DNA of 63,566 nt, filler included, from Candidatus Eiseniibacteriota bacterium (GTDB lineage: Bacteria; Orphanbacterota; Orphanbacteria; Orphanbacterales; Orphanbacteraceae), in the NCBI GenBank assembly GCA_043809585.1. It is 4 parts of 4 records of this genome, joined end to end, with 100 filler letters (N's around TTAATTAATTAA, not from the genome) between each part and the next. Parts side by side here need not be neighbours in the genome. Positions count along the whole stretch, not along the records: positions 58,325 to 63,566 come from JBDROZ010000073.1; 3 more parts are not named here. One strand, given 5' to 3'. The notes under the pieces are model-generated. The model did not search any database, was not told the DNA's origin, and saw only the letters and a list, made by a program, of their open reading frames with translations. Position 1 is the first letter of the stretch; every line of letters starts with the position of its first letter. This document shows positions 60,352-63,566 of this stretch, piece after piece. The position numbers and the translations under genes are program-made.

Positions 60352-61416
60352 ATGACCGGACGGGATCGGATTCGGGCGGCCCTCGGGGGGAAGGAGCCGG
60401 ACCGGGTGCCCCGGGCGCTCGCTTTCTACCGGGTCGAGGCGGAGCGGATCGCCCCGAAGGGGGCGTGGCGGGACGACCTCGTGGACGTCCGCTTCGCGCG
60501 GTTCGAGACGCCCGAGGCGGACGCCGGGTTTTTCGACCGCGCGGCGCCCGCCCCCTTCCCGGACACCCGTCTCGGCACGCCGGAGAGGACGGAGACCTAC
60601 CGGCGGTGGGGATACCGGATCGGCGCGCCCCGGGGGCGGAATCCCCTCGCCTCCGCCCGCACGTTGGACGATCTCGAGCGGTTCCCCTTCCCCGGAGAGG
60701 AGGCGCCGGTCCCCGCCGGCCGCCTCCGGAAACAGGTGGAGCATATCCACCGCCGGGGTCTCGCCGCGGGGGGCAACCCGCCCCATCTCGGCGGGGAGCT
60801 GTTCGAGACGGCCTGGCGTCTCCGGGGTCTCGAGAACTTCCTGATCGATCTCGCGCGGCGCCCCGATTGGGCCGACCTCCTTCTCGAGCGTCTCGCCGCC
60901 CGGGTCCGCCGGTTCGCCGCCGCCCTCGCCGCCGCCGGAGTCGATCTGATCTCCCTGGACGACGACGTGGGCATGCCGGGCTCCATGATGATCTCCCCGG
61001 AGACGTGGCGGCGGTTCTTCAAGGGGAGACTCGCCTCGATCCTGGAAGCCGCCCGCCGGGAATCGCCGGACGTCTTCTTTCTTTATCACAGCGACGGATG
61101 GTTCGAGCCGATCTTGGAGGACCTCGTGGAGATCGGCTTCCACGCCGTCAATCCGGTCCAGCCGGAACACATGGACGCCGTGGGGATCCGCCGCCGCTTC
61201 GGCCCCCGCCTCGCCCTCTGGGGGACCGTGGGACGGCAGACCACCTTCTCTCACGGAACGCCGGAGGAGATCGAGGCGGAGGTGCGGCTCCGGGTGGAGA
61301 CCCTCGGACGGGCGGGACTGGTGCTCGCCCCGGCGTACGACATCGACGAAGAGGATGTCCCCTGGTCGAACGTGGAAGCCTTCCTGGCGGCGGCGGCGCG
61401 ATACGGCGCCCCTTGA
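60352..61416 (+). CDS. Uroporphyrinogen decarboxylase-family (MtaA/CmuA-like) protein
   Basis: MTGRDRI..EPDRVP, LRGLENFL, DDVG, YHSDG, NPVQPE, LWG. Confidence 0.85.
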   Translation: MTGRDRIRAALGGKEPDRVPRALAFYRVEAERIAPKGAWRDDLVDVRFARFETPEADAGFFDRAAPAPFPDTRLGTPERTETYRRWGYRIGAPRGRNPLASARTLDDLERFPFPGEEAPVPAGRLRKQVEHIHRRGLAAGGNPPHLGGELFETAWRLRGLENFLIDLARRPDWADLLLERLAARVRRFAAALAAAGVDLISLDDDVGMPGSMMISPETWRRFFKGRLASILEAARRESPDVFFLYHSDGWFEPILEDLVEIGFHAVNPVQPEHMDAVGIRRRFGPRLALWGTVGRQTTFSHGTPEEIEAEVRLRVETLGRAGLVLAPAYDIDEEDVPWSNVEAFLAAAARYGAP

Positions 61417-61486
61417 CCGGAGCCGTGGAGAGGGCCTAGCCTGGACCGGACGGCGCCGCGCCCGCACCCGTGAAGGAGGACCGCCG

Positions 61487-62131
61487 GTGAGACGCAAGAA
61501 GCCCTGTTTCCTCGTCCTCGAGTCGTACTGGTCGGAGAATCTCGCCGAGCGGGAATCGGTCCTTCCCTTCGTCAAAGGTCTCTGCGATCTGAACCGGTGG
61601 GAGTTCCACTACCGCACCTTCGACAGCACGAACGACCTCCGCCTCTGGATCAAGAACTTCGACCGGATCCGCCGCTCGCGAGCGGAGAAGATCGTCTACG
61701 TGGCGACCCACGGCAGCCGGGCGGGGCGACTCTGGACGCTGGAAGGGACGATCCCGATGGTCACGCTCGCTCGGATCCTGAGACCAGCCCGGTCCATCGC
61801 CGGGCTCCACCTCGGCTCGTGCAACCTCGGCCAGCCGGCGATCCTCGATGGTCTCGTCGCGAAGACGAACCTGCAGTGGGTCGCCGCCTACGACCAGGAA
61901 GTGCCGTGGATCGAGAGCACGACCCTCGATCTCCTCTTTTGGTCCTGGATCTACTCCGGCGCCCCCCGGACCGTCCGCTCCCGCCGCCTCACCCCGGAAG
62001 GGGCGGCCCACGAGCTGTACGAGCACTTCAACTACGCGAGGAAGATGGGATTCCGCGTGGTCCGGCGGGACGAGCCGTCGGGGAAGCCGGTCTCGTCGTG
62101 GGATTCGTGGAAGGGACCGGGCGGGGCGTAG
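61487..62131 (+). CDS. Small caspase/CHAT-like (DUF6642-like) protein
   Basis: AAGGAGG SD + GTG; LESYW, YVATHG and HLGSC putative His/Cys dyad. Confidence 0.55.
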   Translation: MRRKKPCFLVLESYWSENLAERESVLPFVKGLCDLNRWEFHYRTFDSTNDLRLWIKNFDRIRRSRAEKIVYVATHGSRAGRLWTLEGTIPMVTLARILRPARSIAGLHLGSCNLGQPAILDGLVAKTNLQWVAAYDQEVPWIESTTLDLLFWSWIYSGAPRTVRSRRLTPEGAAHELYEHFNYARKMGFRVVRRDEPSGKPVSSWDSWKGPGGA

Positions 62132-62161
62132 AACCGATTCAAGCCGGCTAGAATCGGCGGG

Positions 62162-63001
62162 TCAGGGGCCGACCACGTTTCCGTCCGAGTCCCGGATCGC
62201 CTTGATCCGGTCGAGGCGAAAACAGCGGGTCCCTTCCCGGAGGAGGCAGTGGGCCTCCATCATGAATACCCCTTGCGCGGAAGCGACGCGGAGGGGCACC
62301 ACCTCGCGGCTCGACGTGTTCCCGAAGCGGTCGGCGTAGACGATGCTCACCCCTGTCCCGTCCCGGAGCGCCCGTTCGATCCGCTCGTACCCTTCCGGCA
62401 GCGAACCGCACGGGCGGTACCCTAAATCGGCGATGGGGACGGGGGCGTGGGCGGCGTAGAAGCGGCCGAGATCTCCCGCCCCCTCCACGCCGAGGCGGCG
62501 AAGACTCCGGAGAAAGAGGTCGGCCGACGCGGCCGCGTCGGGGAGCGCCCGGTGGCCGCGGCTCCGGTCGAGACCGAGCTTTTCCACCAGGTGGTCGAGG
62601 GAATAGCGGTCCATCCCCGGAAAGGCGAGGCGGGCGAGAGTGCACGAGTCGAGGGCGCCGATCTCCGGGGGGTCGATGCCGGCGCGGTGACACTCGCAGA
62701 GAAGGAACGAAGCGTCGAAGGAGGCATTGTGGGCGACGAGGACCGCGCCGTCCATGAGGCGCCGGAGGTCCTCCGCGATCCCCGCGAAGAGGGGGGCGCC
62801 CGCCACGGCGGCTTCGTCGATGCCGTGGACCGCGACGGCGTCCTCCGGGATCGGCCGCTCCGGGTTGACGAGGCTCTCGTAGGCTTCCCGGGGACCGCCC
62901 AGCCCGAAACGGAGCGCCCCCACCTCCACCACCCGGTCGCAGAGCGGATGGAGCCCCGTGGTCTCCACGTCGAAGGCGACGAATGTCGGTTCCCCGGCCA
63001 T
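62162..63001 (-). CDS. DEDDh 3'-5' exonuclease (DnaQ-like) fused to a C-terminal WYL domain
   Basis: FDVETTG, AHNASFD, HRALPDA; IVY..REVVP..EAHCLLR..RCFRLDRI. Confidence 0.88.
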   Translation of the reverse strand: MAGEPTFVAFDVETTGLHPLCDRVVEVGALRFGLGGPREAYESLVNPERPIPEDAVAVHGIDEAAVAGAPLFAGIAEDLRRLMDGAVLVAHNASFDASFLLCECHRAGIDPPEIGALDSCTLARLAFPGMDRYSLDHLVEKLGLDRSRGHRALPDAAASADLFLRSLRRLGVEGAGDLGRFYAAHAPVPIADLGYRPCGSLPEGYERIERALRDGTGVSIVYADRFGNTSSREVVPLRVASAQGVFMMEAHCLLREGTRCFRLDRIKAIRDSDGNVVGP

Positions 63002-63020
63002 GGTCCCCCCGGAATTCCGG

Positions 63021-63566
63021 CTACAGCAATCCCCGCACCGAACCGCCGTCGAAGGTGATGGTGAGCCCCGTCAGGAACGACGCCCGCTCCGAGGCGAGGA
63101 AGAGCACGAGATCGGCCATCTCCTCCGGTCTGCCCAATCGCCCGATCGGAATGCCCGCCTCCCATTGATCGAATACCTCTTTCACGGTCGCTCCGGTCTT
63201 CGCCGCCCTCGCCGCCGCCAGCTCCTCGAGCCGGGCGGTTCGGGTGAAGGTCGGCCCCACGGAGTTCACCGTGATCCCGTGGGGGGCGAGCTCGAAAGAG
63301 AGGGACTTGGCGAGGCCGATCACGGCGGGGCGGACGGCGTTCGAGAGCATGAGGTTCTCGATCGGTTGCTTCACCGAAACGGAGGTGATCGGGATGATCC
63401 TCCCCCACTTCTTCTTCTTCATGTAGGGCACGACGCCCCGGACCATGCGGATCACCGAGAAGAGGAGGTGGTCGACGCCGGTCTCCCACTGGTCGTCGGT
63501 GAGGTCGTCGAACCCGCCGGGGGGAGGGCCGCCGGCGTTGGTGACGAGGATGTCCACGCCTCCGAA
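63021..63566 (-). CDS. SDR family oxidoreductase; 5' end outside the window
   Basis: DILVTNAGGP, WGRII, GITVNSVGP, GRLGRPEE, DGG. Confidence 0.9.
   Translation of the reverse strand, partial: FGGVDILVTNAGGPPPGGFDDLTDDQWETGVDHLLFSVIRMVRGVVPYMKKKKWGRIIPITSVSVKQPIENLMLSNAVRPAVIGLAKSLSFELAPHGITVNSVGPTFTRTARLEELAAARAAKTGATVKEVFDQWEAGIPIGRLGRPEEMADLVLFLASERASFLTGLTITFDGGSVRGLL

Overview
GC-rich bacterial sequence, most likely a metagenome-assembled genome. Four contig pieces are joined by artificial N-TTAATTAATTAA-N linkers (about 22048-22147, 49988-50087, 58225-58324), so gene neighbourhoods hold only within each piece. The gene content (large secreted peptidase, kinase-TPR protein, many lipoproteins) suggests an FCB-group lineage such as Eisenbacteria; this is inference only. 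Piece 1: metabolic and housekeeping genes, a CarH-like regulator, a frameshifted nicotinate phosphoribosyltransferase and CIRCE-groES-groEL. Piece 2: a type III-like CRISPR array with only cas2 beside it, a MoxR AAA+ ATPase plus a HEAT-HExxH-vWA giant protein, TPP riboswitch-thiC, parS/parA/parB, a zinc-ribbon/histone-H1-like protein and an ABC-exported glycan locus. Piece 3: yceI/marR and a glutamate dehydrogenase homologue lacking its catalytic Lys next to a PPDK-like ATP-grasp protein. Piece 4: Ser/Thr kinase, URO-D-like protein, caspase/CHAT-like protein and an exonuclease-WYL fusion. Intergenic DNA is crowded with MITE-like and REP-like repeats. Best candidates for new biology: the MoxR/HEAT-metallopeptidase-vWA pair beside the CRISPR locus, the pseudo-GDH/PPDK-like pair, and the CRISPR leader anti-repeat. 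All calls come from motif recognition by eye; no searches were run.
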